Below, piece by piece: positions 24,904 through 34,897 of a DNA stretch of 37,843 nucleotides. The translations under genes and the position numbers were made by a program. Source of the stretch: a virus; the UHGV virus genome UHGV-1372824. The stretch is one strand, 5' to 3'. Below the pieces are notes generated by a model. That model was not told the origin of the DNA, ran no database searches, and saw only the letters and a list, made by a program, of their open reading frames with translations. Position 1 is the stretch's first letter. Every line of letters starts with the position of its first letter.

Positions 24904-25800
24904 ATGAAAAAGTTTGATTTACAGATGTTTGCAGTAGATGCAAAGACAGTTAAGGAGGCCGACCTTGCAAAGGTAAGAGACGTTGACTTCACAGAAAGAT
25001 TCTCAAAAGGAATCGACACTCTTATGGCTATGCTGGGTGTTACAAGGAAGCAGGAAAAGAGAGCCGGTGAAGTTCTCAAGGTATACAAGGCAACAGGAAC
25101 TCTTGAATCAGGAGTAGTGGCAGAAGGTGAAGTAATTCCGCTCTCCAAGTATCAGACAACATATGAGGCCATTGGCGAAGCCGTTCTGAATAAGTGGAGA
25201 AAGGTTACTACTGCTGAAGCCATCTCCTCAAAGGGATACGGACAGGCAGTCAACGACACAAACGACAAGATGCTCAAGGACATTCAGAAGGGTGTTAGAA
25301 CTTCATTTGTTAATTTCCTTGCAACAGGTACAGGCGAAGCTGCAGGAACAGGACTTCAGGCAACACTTGCACAGGCTTGGGGACAGCTCCAGGTACTCTT
25401 TGAAGATACATCTGTTCAGTCTGTTTACTTCATGAACCCTCTCGATGTTGCTGACTATCTCGGAGGTGCACAGATTTCAACTCAGACTGCATTCGGTATG
25501 AGCTACATTGAGAACTTCCTGGGACTCGGTACAGTAATCCTGGCATCAGATGTTCCAAAGGGCAAGCTTTATGCAACTGCCGCTGAAAACATCGTGCTGT
25601 ACTACATCCCTGTTACTTCAGCAGATATGGCACAGGCATTCGACCTGACATCAGATGCAACCGGACTTATCGGAATTCACACTGGCCCGACTTACGACAA
25701 CCTGTCAGCCGAAACAGTAGCCGCTTCAGGTGTTGGCCTGTTCGCAGAAAAGCTCGATGGTATCGTAGTAGGCACTATCAATCCGGCAACAGGAGCATAA
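24904..25800 (+). CDS. major capsid protein with N-terminal DLQMFA motif
   Basis: Position after scaffold, strong RBS, 298 aa. Confidence 0.7.
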   Translation: MKKFDLQMFAVDAKTVKEADLAKVRDVDFTERFSKGIDTLMAMLGVTRKQEKRAGEVLKVYKATGTLESGVVAEGEVIPLSKYQTTYEAIGEAVLNKWRKVTTAEAISSKGYGQAVNDTNDKMLKDIQKGVRTSFVNFLATGTGEAAGTGLQATLAQAWGQLQVLFEDTSVQSVYFMNPLDVADYLGGAQISTQTAFGMSYIENFLGLGTVILASDVPKGKLYATAAENIVLYYIPVTSADMAQAFDLTSDATGLIGIHTGPTYDNLSAETVAASGVGLFAEKLDGIVVGTINPATGA

Positions 25801-25812
25801 GGAGGTTAAGCA

Positions 25813-26016
25813 ATGGCTTACAAGGTAATTAAGCTGTTCACTGACCTGCACGACAACGATTATCTCTATAAAGTGGGGGATACATTCCCCCGCAAAGGGA
25901 TATCGGTTACAGAAGAGCGCATCGCTGAACTGTCAGGCAGTGACAATAAACAGCACACTCCACTCATTGAGAAGGTGAGCCGAAGAGGAATAAAGCTTCC
26001 GGTAAGTAGGAGGTGA
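25813..26016 (+). CDS. hypothetical head-associated protein
   Basis: 67 aa. Confidence 0.4.
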   Translation: MAYKVIKLFTDLHDNDYLYKVGDTFPRKGISVTEERIAELSGSDNKQHTPLIEKVSRRGIKLPVSRR

Positions 26017-26020
26017 TATC

Positions 26021-26338
26021 GTGCTTGACAAGTTGAAACTTATGCTTGGAATTGAGGAAGCAGACCTTGACGAAAAGCTGTCGCTCATTCTCTCGGGCGC
26101 AACCTCAAGGCTCAAGATACTGCTCGGGGGCACAGAACCGCCTCAGGAGATGGAACACATTATCCTCGATGTGGCAATAGCACGGTTTAACCGCATCGGC
26201 TCCGAAGGGCTTACGGGTCATACTGTTGAGGGTGAGAGCCTGACATTCACTGAAAACGACTTTGACCAGTTTTCAGATGAAATACAGGCGTGGCTTTCCT
26301 GCAACAGCGAGAGCCGGGGAAAGTTGAGGTTCATATGA
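26021..26338 (+). CDS. head-tail connector (gp6/gp15-like)
   Basis: MLDKLKLMLGIEEADLDEKLSLIL N-terminus typical of this family; GTG start after AGGAGGTG. Confidence 0.55.
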   Translation: MLDKLKLMLGIEEADLDEKLSLILSGATSRLKILLGGTEPPQEMEHIILDVAIARFNRIGSEGLTGHTVEGESLTFTENDFDQFSDEIQAWLSCNSESRGKLRFI

Positions 26339-26628
26339 GATATGATACACCGATATATTTCCAGCATTACGGCAAGCCTGAATATAATCCTGCTACTGGT
26401 GATTATGAGCAGAGCCCTCCTGTTGAGCATAAGAGATACGCTTCGGTGACTGACTCGGGCATCGAGGTAATGAAGCTCGTATATAGCGACATAAAGCAGG
26501 GTAGCAAGGTGATACGGCTCCAGCGTCCATATACTGGAGCCTATGACAGCATCCGCATCGGGGATGAACGCTACCACGTGGATATGAGCCGCAAAGGCAA
26601 GGTCTATATCGTAAGCGAGGTGCAGTGA
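26335..26628 (+). CDS. head closure / head-tail adaptor protein
   Basis: About 97 aa; position. Confidence 0.5.
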   Translation: MRYDTPIYFQHYGKPEYNPATGDYEQSPPVEHKRYASVTDSGIEVMKLVYSDIKQGSKVIRLQRPYTGAYDSIRIGDERYHVDMSRKGKVYIVSEVQ

Positions 26629-26975
26629 TGGCTAAAATCAAATGGGAAGGCCTGGACAAGCTCCAGAAGAAGCTCAAAGAGAACGTCACAATGAACGACG
26701 TCAAAAGAGTCGTCAGGCAGAACGGGGCAGAGCTGCAGCAGAAGATACAGGAAAAAGCGGAATTCACGAAAGGCTATCAGACCGGGCAGACCAAAAGAAG
26801 CGTAAACCTTGAGATTAAGGGCGGCGGCTTCACAGCGGAGTCGGGCCCAACTACCGAGTATTCCCCGTATGTTGAGTACGGAACCCGCTTTATGGACGCA
26901 CAGCCTTTTGTCCGTCCTGCACTTGAGGAACAGGCATCGAAGTTCAAGAGAGATATGCAGAAACTTGTGAGGTGA
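26625..26975 (+). CDS. HK97 gp10-like tail-completion protein
   Basis: YSPYVEYGTRFMDAQPF motif. Confidence 0.6.
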   Translation: MMAKIKWEGLDKLQKKLKENVTMNDVKRVVRQNGAELQQKIQEKAEFTKGYQTGQTKRSVNLEIKGGGFTAESGPTTEYSPYVEYGTRFMDAQPFVRPALEEQASKFKRDMQKLVR

Positions 26976-26979
26976 TTAT

Positions 26980-27354
26980 ATGGACGTACAGCAGGCTGTA
27001 TTCACGCAGTTAAAGGTTGATATTGAATCGCTCGGATATGACGTATATGACGGTGAATTGCCGTCTGAAGGCACACCGTATCCGTTTGTGTATCTCGGCA
27101 ACAGCAATCAGAGCGACAACAGCACTAAGGCAGGTAACATCGGGACGGTCTCGCAGATGATACACGTGTGGCATAACGATGTACAAAAGCGGGGCACGGT
27201 CTCTGCTATGCTTGCGGATATCAAGGATGTTTGCAGAGAACTTGAGCGCAAATATCCTGTCATATTGTCGGGGATGACACAGGACATCCTGCCCGACAAC
27301 ACAACAACACAACCATTACTTCACGGCGTTTTGACCGTGAATTTATTGTTTTAG
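26980..27354 (+). CDS. tail terminator / completion protein
   Basis: Position immediately before the major tail protein. Confidence 0.45.
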   Translation: MDVQQAVFTQLKVDIESLGYDVYDGELPSEGTPYPFVYLGNSNQSDNSTKAGNIGTVSQMIHVWHNDVQKRGTVSAMLADIKDVCRELERKYPVILSGMTQDILPDNTTTQPLLHGVLTVNLLF

Positions 27355-27363
27355 GAGGTAAAC

Positions 27364-27891
27364 ATGAAGAAACTTGATTTACAGATGTTTGCGAAACCGG
27401 TCAGCGGCAAGAAGATTGTATATCTGTTCAGGGTGTTAGATTCTGCCGCAACCGATGACGCTGTGGCAATGGCATTCACAACAGAGAACACAAACACAAT
27501 CTCAAAAGACGCTGATTCGACGGTAACAAAGGACGGCACAATCAGAACTCCGGGCGGAGCTGAAATCGAAATCACAGCAACAGCACTTCTCGCACAGGGT
27601 GATACGCTGTACGACAAGCTCAAGGCGGCAATGATTGCTGATAAGCTGGTTGAGGTCTGGGAGGCAAACCTTGAGGAGCCTGCCGATAGTGGCGAAAACA
27701 AGTTCAAGGGTATGTACTACCAGGGCTATCTGACAGAGTTCGAGAAGACTTCAAACGCAGAGGATTATGTTGAATGTTCAACCACTTTCGCAATCAATGG
27801 CACCGGCGCAAGCGGAGATGTTACTGTAACGGCTGCACAGCAGGAAGTAGCGGCTTATGTCTTCACTGACACACAGAAGACAGGCGCATAA
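27364..27891 (+). CDS. major tail protein with N-terminal DLQMFA motif
   Basis: 175 aa; followed by a terminator and the chaperone/TMP genes. Confidence 0.65.
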   Translation: MKKLDLQMFAKPVSGKKIVYLFRVLDSAATDDAVAMAFTTENTNTISKDADSTVTKDGTIRTPGGAEIEITATALLAQGDTLYDKLKAAMIADKLVEVWEANLEEPADSGENKFKGMYYQGYLTEFEKTSNAEDYVECSTTFAINGTGASGDVTVTAAQQEVAAYVFTDTQKTGA

Positions 27892-27897
27892 CTAACA

Positions 27898-27927
27898 ACG
27901 GGGTGAAATATCCCCGTTTATTTTTTT
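27898..27927 (+). terminator. rho-independent terminator after the major tail gene
   Basis: ACGGGG-TGAAATAT-CCCCGT followed by TTATTTTTTT. Confidence 0.6.
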
Positions 27928-27940
27928 AGGAGGAATAAAA

Positions 27941-28318
27941 ATGCTTGAATTAACAATCAATGAACAGGTTTACGAATTTAACTTCGGAATGGGCTTTATG
28001 AGAGAGATTAACAAGAGAGTGGGAACTCCTGTTGATGGTCTTCCGGACATAAAGAAAAACATTGGCTTGCAGTATTACATTGCAGGAGTAATGGACGGCG
28101 ATGTTGAGTCGCTCGTTGAAATTCTCGATGTTGCCAACAAAGGACACGACCCGAGAGTGACGAAGAAGCTTCTTGATGCGTATATCGACGACGAGAGAAC
28201 AGACATTGACGAGCTTTTCGACAAGGTGATGGTTTTTTTATCGAAAGCGAATGCTACCAAGAACACAGTGAAGAATCTCCGGACAGCGATAGAGCTTCAG
28301 AAGGAACAGAACCAGTAA
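27941..28318 (+). CDS. tail assembly chaperone (G-like)
   Basis: Position between the major tail and TMP genes. Confidence 0.55.
   Translation: MLELTINEQVYEFNFGMGFMREINKRVGTPVDGLPDIKKNIGLQYYIAGVMDGDVESLVEILDVANKGHDPRVTKKLLDAYIDDERTDIDELFDKVMVFLSKANATKNTVKNLRTAIELQKEQNQ
28234..28240 (+). promoter_or_regulatory. slippery heptamer T TTT TTA for a -1 programmed frameshift into the downstream chaperone frame
   Basis: Phased X XXY YYZ in the upstream ORF frame; the -1 frame is open from here to 28653. Confidence 0.5.
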
Positions 28319-28329
28319 CATTCGATGAG

Positions 28330-28653
28330 GTGTATCGGGAGGTTGCTCTTAATTGCATCCGCTTCCTGGACTACAAGAGCCTTGAGGAAGTCGACAGGCT
28401 GACCATTGCAGAATACAAGCTGTTAATGGAGGGCGTAAGGCTGAAAGAGATTGACAAGGATTATCGCAATCACCTGCAGGCATTCCTTAATTTCTCCGTC
28501 AGATCTGAAAGAAAAGCGGGCAAGGGTAAGAGCAAACCGGTATACACGAAATTCAAGCAGTTTTACGACTATGAAAGAGAGCTTGAAAAGGTCAATAACA
28601 AGAAAAAGAGCCGGTTCGAGGGAATCGGCAAACTATTAGCGAAAGAGAGGTGA
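28330..28653 (+). CDS. tail assembly chaperone frameshift extension (T-like); probably made mainly as a fusion from 27941
   Basis: -1 frame open upstream through the slippery site; no good RBS of its own. Confidence 0.45.
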   Translation: MYREVALNCIRFLDYKSLEEVDRLTIAEYKLLMEGVRLKEIDKDYRNHLQAFLNFSVRSERKAGKGKSKPVYTKFKQFYDYERELEKVNNKKKSRFEGIGKLLAKER

Positions 28654-28657
28654 AAAC

Positions 28658-31546
28658 ATGTCAGATATGTCCGTAAGGGCGATATTATCAGCAGTTGACA
28701 GGGGTTTCTCCTCAACAATGAAGCAGGCGATGGGTATTGCCGGCAAACTTGACAAGAAAACAAGCAGCTTCATGACCGGAATACTGCAGGGCGCAGGACA
28801 GCAGGCTTTTTACATGTTGGCTGGCGGCTGCAGGGAGCTTGTATCGGAGATAGATGCATCGAATGTGGCTTGGAAGACTTTCGAGGGCAATATGCGAATC
28901 CTCGGCAAGAGCGATAAGCAGATAGGCAAGGTCAGAAAGTCTATGCAGAAATACGCAGAGCAGACCATCTACAGTTCATCCGATATGGCGTCCACATATT
29001 CACAGCTTGCGGCGGTTGGCGTCAAGTCAGCGGATAAACTGGTAACAGGCTTCGGCGGTCTTGCGGCTGCGGCCGAAAATCCACAGCAGGCAATGAAGAC
29101 ACTTTCACAGCAGGCTACACAGATGGCAGGAAGACCGAAAGTCGCTTGGCAGGACTTCAAGCTGATGCTTGAGCAGACTCCTGCGGGTATTGCGGCCGTA
29201 GCAAAAGAGATGGGAATGACCACCTCCGAGCTCGTAAGCAAAATCCAGGCTGGCGAGGTCAAGACAAAGGACTTCTTTAATGCGATTGAAAAGGTCGGCA
29301 ACAGTAAAGGCTTCACTAAGCTTGCGACATCGTACAAGTCTGCAGGGCAGGCTATGGACGGTCTGAAAGAGACCATCGGAAACAAGTTGACACCTGCATA
29401 TGATGCGCTGTCTAAGAAAGCTATAGGCGGAATCGAGGGCATTATTGACAAGGTCAGCGAGCTTGACGGCGAAGAAATCAAGGATAAGGTTCTGGCGGGA
29501 ATCGACAAGGCGATGCCATATTGGGAGCAGTTTAAGAATGTTCTTTCAGTAACAGGGACAGTGCTTAAAACTGTCGGAAAGTTCTTTATGAACCATTCGA
29601 ACATTCTCTCGAAGGGAATTCCGATAGTTCTCGGACTTGTTGCGGCGTACAAGGGCTTTAAGGTCGTCAATACAGTTGTCGGCGGCGTTAAGAGCTTCGT
29701 TGGAAGTATAACCTCGCTTGCCGGAGGAACAGGAAGCAAGGTTGCAGAAAATCTCAATAAAACGGCAACAGCACAGCAGAATGTCGGCAAGGTTAGCCAG
29801 GCATCATCAACACAGATGATGGCATCGGCAAAGGCATTTATGATGATGGGCGCAGGAGTGCTTCTGATTGCGGCGGGCTTCGGAATCCTCGCATATTCCG
29901 CTATTCAGTTAGCGAATGCAGGGCCTGCGGCAATAGCGGTAATGGCAGGAATGGTCGCCGCTCTTGTTGGAGTCAGCTTCGCTATGGCGGCGGTACTCAA
30001 GTTCCTTGCACCAATGTCGGCACAGCTTATGCCTGCGGCTACGGCGATGCTTGCTATGGGTGCGGCTGTCGTACTCGTTGCGGCAGGATTTGCGCTGATG
30101 TCTTATGCGGCTATACAGCTTGCTAACTCAGGCGGTCTTGCAATAGGAGTAATGGCCGGAATGGTAGTAGCTATGGCAGGGCTCATGGTTCTTGCGGCTG
30201 TCCTCGGTCCCGCTCTTACGGCAGGGGCTGTTGGCATGCTTGCATTCGGTGCGGCTGCACTTCTTGTAGGTGCGGGCGTTGCCCTTGCGTGTGTAGGTCT
30301 TGCACAGCTTGCAGGTGTTCTGCCTATCATTGTGGCATACGGAGTACAGGCGGCGGGTGCTATTGTGGCACTCGGAGCCGGTATGACCGTATTTGCGGCG
30401 GGTGCGCTTCTTGCGGGAGCGGCATCACTTGTACTTGGCGCAGGGCTTGTTGTAGCGGGGGCAGGAGCTCTTGTTGCGGCGGCTGGCGTAACTGCTCTTG
30501 GTGCAGGAGTATTGGTGCTCGGCGCAGGACTTCTTTTAACTGCGGCAGGAGCTACCATGCTTGCGGCGGCACTTCCGACAGTAGCGGCGGGCGCAATGAT
30601 GACTGGCGCATCCTTTACGATGCTTCTTGCAATGTCTGTGGCTCTTATGGCTGTAATGATTCCGCTCGGAGCTTCTATGACAGTATTAGGAGCAATGGCA
30701 CTTGTAGCAATGGCGGGCATCCTCGCATTCGGTGTGGCAATGACAACCGGTGCGGCGGGCACACTTGTAATGGCGGCGGCACTTAAAGCCGTGAACTCAA
30801 GTATGAAGAGTATTGCAAGCAGTGCCAACAGAGCGAAAAGCTCCCTCACATCAATGAGGGGTGCTGTGAAGACTGTTGAAAGCGGATTAAACGCCATTGG
30901 AAGCAAGGCGAAATCTGCAATGAGCAAGATGACAAGTGCATTCAGCGGAGCGGCAGGAAAGGCCAAGTCTGCGGGCAACCAGGTCGGTAAGGGGTTCTCA
31001 AACGGCGTAAAGTCTGGAATGAACACTGCCAAGTCTGCGGCATCCGCAGGAGTTAAGGCTGTAAACACAAAGCTCAAATCGGGAAGCGGTCAGGCTCGCA
31101 GTGCCGGTGCAATGATATCGAGAGGCTTTGCGGCGGGTATGCGGTCTTGCCTTGCGCAGATCAGGGCGGCGGCAAATGAAATGGTTAACGCCGCAAACAA
31201 AGCAATCCGGGCCAAGGCTAAAATCAAATCACCGTCGAGGGTAACTAAAGCATTAGGCGGATACTATGGCGAAGGTTACGAGCTTGGTATTCTCGATATG
31301 GTCAGAGATGCCAAGCGTGCGGCAGAAAAGCTCGTTTCTGTACCAACTGCATCCGTTCCGGCGCTTGCAATGGCATACGAGGGCGGTCTTTCATCTGAGT
31401 ATGACTATTACAGGCAGAACGAGTACAGAATTGAGGTACCGCTTACTATAGACGGCAGAGAGGTTGCCAGAACAACGGTTGACTACACTCAGGAGGAGCT
31501 CGACAAGAGAGAGAGACGAAATAACAGAAAGAAAGGAAAGGTTTAA
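28658..31546 (+). CDS. tape measure protein
   Basis: 962 aa; helical ends; roughly 300-residue A/G/L/V/M-rich tandem-repeat core. Confidence 0.85.
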   Translation: MSDMSVRAILSAVDRGFSSTMKQAMGIAGKLDKKTSSFMTGILQGAGQQAFYMLAGGCRELVSEIDASNVAWKTFEGNMRILGKSDKQIGKVRKSMQKYAEQTIYSSSDMASTYSQLAAVGVKSADKLVTGFGGLAAAAENPQQAMKTLSQQATQMAGRPKVAWQDFKLMLEQTPAGIAAVAKEMGMTTSELVSKIQAGEVKTKDFFNAIEKVGNSKGFTKLATSYKSAGQAMDGLKETIGNKLTPAYDALSKKAIGGIEGIIDKVSELDGEEIKDKVLAGIDKAMPYWEQFKNVLSVTGTVLKTVGKFFMNHSNILSKGIPIVLGLVAAYKGFKVVNTVVGGVKSFVGSITSLAGGTGSKVAENLNKTATAQQNVGKVSQASSTQMMASAKAFMMMGAGVLLIAAGFGILAYSAIQLANAGPAAIAVMAGMVAALVGVSFAMAAVLKFLAPMSAQLMPAATAMLAMGAAVVLVAAGFALMSYAAIQLANSGGLAIGVMAGMVVAMAGLMVLAAVLGPALTAGAVGMLAFGAAALLVGAGVALACVGLAQLAGVLPIIVAYGVQAAGAIVALGAGMTVFAAGALLAGAASLVLGAGLVVAGAGALVAAAGVTALGAGVLVLGAGLLLTAAGATMLAAALPTVAAGAMMTGASFTMLLAMSVALMAVMIPLGASMTVLGAMALVAMAGILAFGVAMTTGAAGTLVMAAALKAVNSSMKSIASSANRAKSSLTSMRGAVKTVESGLNAIGSKAKSAMSKMTSAFSGAAGKAKSAGNQVGKGFSNGVKSGMNTAKSAASAGVKAVNTKLKSGSGQARSAGAMISRGFAAGMRSCLAQIRAAANEMVNAANKAIRAKAKIKSPSRVTKALGGYYGEGYELGILDMVRDAKRAAEKLVSVPTASVPALAMAYEGGLSSEYDYYRQNEYRIEVPLTIDGREVARTTVDYTQEELDKRERRNNRKKGKV

Positions 31547-31555
31547 GGGCGGCAT

Positions 31556-33208
31556 ATGTACATTTTCAGAGATGTTAATGAGGCTTTGGACGGCATAGCG
31601 CTGCCCTCCGAAGCCTTACAGATTAACGGCGAGTATATCGAGAACTTAATATCCGGATATACCACGCTTCACGTAAAAGGCAGAGAAGCCTTATCCCCGG
31701 AGCTTGAGACATTCGAGACAGGAGCGAGGGACGGAAGTACGCTGAAAAAACGGCGATTTCCCGCACGGACTATCACTGTTACCTATAAGTTGTCGGCGGA
31801 AAGCAATTCGGCGTTCAGAGAGGCGTATAACGCCCTTGCGGGGGTGCTTAATGTTGAAGACGCACAGCTTATTTTCAATGATGAGCAGGACAAATACTAT
31901 ACCGGCACACCATCGTCCATTGGAGAGGTTGAACCGGGCAGAAACAGTATTGTTAGCTCGTTCGATATCCTGTGTGTGGACCCGTTCAAGTATTCGCTGA
32001 CAGAGTACGAGGTGGCGCCAACAGTTGACGACGGTTTAGGCTTCGTTATCAACTACAACGGCACTTATAACTCATTTCCGGAGCTTGAGGCAGATTTTTA
32101 CCGTGAAGACGAGGCAAGCGACGACGGAGAAGTAACACTGAGCCTCACGGGTAACGGTGACTGCGGATATGTGGCTTTTTTCAATGACCAGGGCAAAATC
32201 GTTCAGCTTGGCGACCCGGAAGAAACCGACGGCGAATCACTCCCGAAATCGCAGACCCTTGTAAGCTCGGAGTTCAAGAAGACTTCCGCCTGGGGAACTG
32301 CGGCAAAGGCCATATGGAAAGTAAACAGCGGAGTTGTAACCAGTGGCACACAGACAGGAAGCCCCGGCATCGCAAAATCCGCTGATACTGAATACTACCT
32401 AACCGGCACGAGCTACGGCAGCGGTTCGTCCTGGCACGGTCCGTCTATTTCCCGGACACTTCCGGCAGATGCGGCAGGAGATGTGGGAGCAACAAACTTC
32501 ACAGTGACGGTTAAGCATAAAATGTGCATCGGTTCCGGAAAGAACGACGTCAAACAGAAAGGCGCTTTTCAGTGTCTGCTGACCGATTCAGATTCAAAGA
32601 TTGTTGCAGGATTCAACATATCCAAGAGTGCCAGCGGTAAAAAGGCAAATCTGCAATTCTATGTAAACGGCAAAACAAAGGACACTATATCCATAGACCT
32701 GTCCTACTACAACAAATACTTCGGCAGTAACAGAGCGGCAAACAAGAAGAAAAAAATCAAGGCTTTGAAAACCTGCAAGACCTCTACAATCACGAAGTCA
32801 GGCAACACAATAACCTTCAATGTCGGGGGCATTAAGAAGGTATACAGAGATGACGGCATAGCATCTACCGTATCAAAGAAATTAACTCTGACATTCTTTA
32901 GAGCCGGGACTTCTCCGGGGCTCAAGTACAACGGCATATACTGGGTAAAACTCGTCAAAGACAACTGCGACACATACCGTGACATCCCTAACAAATTCGG
33001 GGCAAACGACATTGTGATTGCAGATTGCAGAGAGGGTGAAATATACCTGAACAACACGAGGAGCCCTGAGCTTGGCGCACTGGGTAACGACTGGGAAGAG
33101 TTTTATCTGACTCCCGGAGTGAATCAGATCGGAGCGGCTTACTCCGATTGGGTGGCGGATGAATATGCTCCGACATTCAAGCTGAGGTATAGAGAGGTGT
33201 TCTTATGA
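31556..33208 (+). CDS. distal tail protein (Dit-like, extended)
   Basis: First gene after TMP, 550 aa. Confidence 0.55.
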   Translation: MYIFRDVNEALDGIALPSEALQINGEYIENLISGYTTLHVKGREALSPELETFETGARDGSTLKKRRFPARTITVTYKLSAESNSAFREAYNALAGVLNVEDAQLIFNDEQDKYYTGTPSSIGEVEPGRNSIVSSFDILCVDPFKYSLTEYEVAPTVDDGLGFVINYNGTYNSFPELEADFYREDEASDDGEVTLSLTGNGDCGYVAFFNDQGKIVQLGDPEETDGESLPKSQTLVSSEFKKTSAWGTAAKAIWKVNSGVVTSGTQTGSPGIAKSADTEYYLTGTSYGSGSSWHGPSISRTLPADAAGDVGATNFTVTVKHKMCIGSGKNDVKQKGAFQCLLTDSDSKIVAGFNISKSASGKKANLQFYVNGKTKDTISIDLSYYNKYFGSNRAANKKKKIKALKTCKTSTITKSGNTITFNVGGIKKVYRDDGIASTVSKKLTLTFFRAGTSPGLKYNGIYWVKLVKDNCDTYRDIPNKFGANDIVIADCREGEIYLNNTRSPELGALGNDWEEFYLTPGVNQIGAAYSDWVADEYAPTFKLRYREVFL

Positions 33209-34884
33209 TTCTATACTTTGCGAATAGAGTAATGAACATACTTGGTCAGGCGTCAACGAAACTGCCAGAGGGGTTCGTCATCCTTGAGGACAGCAAGGTT
33301 GAGGATGTTGATACAGGTGTAGCAACCTTTGAGTGTAGAATAGGCTTCAACAAGGCAAACAGGCTACAGCTTGAGGATATGACGGAATCCGGCAATTACA
33401 TTCTGCGGAGCCACGATAACGAGCAGGAATTCTATACCATCATCGACACGGAGATAGATACCAAGAATCAGGAAGTATATGTGTATGCAGAAGATGCGGG
33501 GCTCGACCTTCTTAATGAGGTTGTGGGCGAGTTTGCCGCAACGCAGTCCTATAATGCGGAATGGTACATAAACAAGTACACCAATGACAGCGGCTTTGAG
33601 ATAGGAATAAATGAAATCCCTTCAACCGCAACAAGAAAGCTGTCCTGGGACGGAGAAGCGACCTGCACGGAAAGGCTCGCAAGCGTGGCAACACAGTTCG
33701 GCGGCTATGAGATTTCATATTCCTTTGACATAAAGGGTATGGAGATTCAGCACAAGTATATCAACATATACAAGAAGCGGGGCAAGAGCCTTGACGAAGA
33801 GCTTCGGCTGAACCGTGACATCGACAGAATAATTACAAAGAAATCCGTTGCAAATCTCGCAACGGCTTTTTATTGTACCGGCGGCGTCCCAAAAGGCAAG
33901 GACAAGCCGATTACACTTAGCGGCTACAAGTACGACGACGGAGATTTCTATGTCAGCGGTGCTTATCTGCGCTCAAGGAAAGCCAACGCCAAGTGGAGCC
34001 GCTATATCTGGAACAAGGAGCCGAACAGGAAGAGCACGGATTATGGGTTCATAGTCAAGCCTTATTCGTATGAGACCACAAGTCAGCAGACCTTATGCTC
34101 CCACGCAATCACGGAATTAAAGAAAGTCTGCGATATGGAGGTCAATTACGAAGTCGACATCAATACCCTGCCCGACAATATAAAAATCGGAGACAGGGTG
34201 AACATTGTTGACGATGCGGGCGAGCTGTATTTATCCGCAAGGATACTCAAACTCGAGACATCCGTGGTAAAGGATTCATACAAGGCTACGCTTGGAGAAT
34301 ATCTGATAAAAGATAGCGGCATCTCACAGCAAGTTGAGGCACTGGCGACGCAGTTTGCGGAGCTTGCGGCAAACAGGACTTTTTATACCTGGATAGCATA
34401 CGCAGATGACGAAACCGGAACCGGAATCAGCCTTGACCCAACAGGCAAGGCGTACCTCGGCACGGCGGCTAATCAGGTAGTTGATGAGGTGAGCATAACA
34501 GACCCGACCATTTTCACGTGGTCGAAGATAAAAGGAGACCCTGGCACACAGGGTCCGCAAGGAGAGAATGGAACTGATGGAGAAGATGCAACTCTACTGC
34601 ATATAGATTCATCAGAGGGCACAGTATTTAAGGACAATTCTGCGACTACTGTGCTGACAGCGACGATATTTAGAGGAGCTAACCGGATAACCAGCGCCAC
34701 TACACTGGCGGCGGTATTCGGGAGCGGTGCCTATTTGCAGTGGAGGTTCAAAAAGGCAGGAGAGAGCAGTTATACAATCATATCTTCGGATGATTCGAGA
34801 CTGTCCAATGGGGGCTTCACATTGACCGTATCAATGGCCGATGTTGACACCTCTATTACCTATTCTGCCGAGTTAATCACTTAA
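33205..34884 (+). CDS. tail-associated protein (Tal-like) with collagen-like GDPGTQGPQGENGTDGEDA segment and Ig-like C-terminal domain
   Basis: Second gene after TMP; Gly-X-Y repeats. Confidence 0.5.
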   Translation: MILYFANRVMNILGQASTKLPEGFVILEDSKVEDVDTGVATFECRIGFNKANRLQLEDMTESGNYILRSHDNEQEFYTIIDTEIDTKNQEVYVYAEDAGLDLLNEVVGEFAATQSYNAEWYINKYTNDSGFEIGINEIPSTATRKLSWDGEATCTERLASVATQFGGYEISYSFDIKGMEIQHKYINIYKKRGKSLDEELRLNRDIDRIITKKSVANLATAFYCTGGVPKGKDKPITLSGYKYDDGDFYVSGAYLRSRKANAKWSRYIWNKEPNRKSTDYGFIVKPYSYETTSQQTLCSHAITELKKVCDMEVNYEVDINTLPDNIKIGDRVNIVDDAGELYLSARILKLETSVVKDSYKATLGEYLIKDSGISQQVEALATQFAELAANRTFYTWIAYADDETGTGISLDPTGKAYLGTAANQVVDEVSITDPTIFTWSKIKGDPGTQGPQGENGTDGEDATLLHIDSSEGTVFKDNSATTVLTATIFRGANRITSATTLAAVFGSGAYLQWRFKKAGESSYTIISSDDSRLSNGGFTLTVSMADVDTSITYSAELIT

Positions 34885-34897
34885 CAGGAGGAATCTT

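Noticed and set aside
28969-31077. 273-aa and 324-aa minus ORFs and a 165-aa alternate + frame inside the tape-measure gene
   Set aside because: By-products of the GC-rich GCN-repeat core of the TMP; all frames are open there
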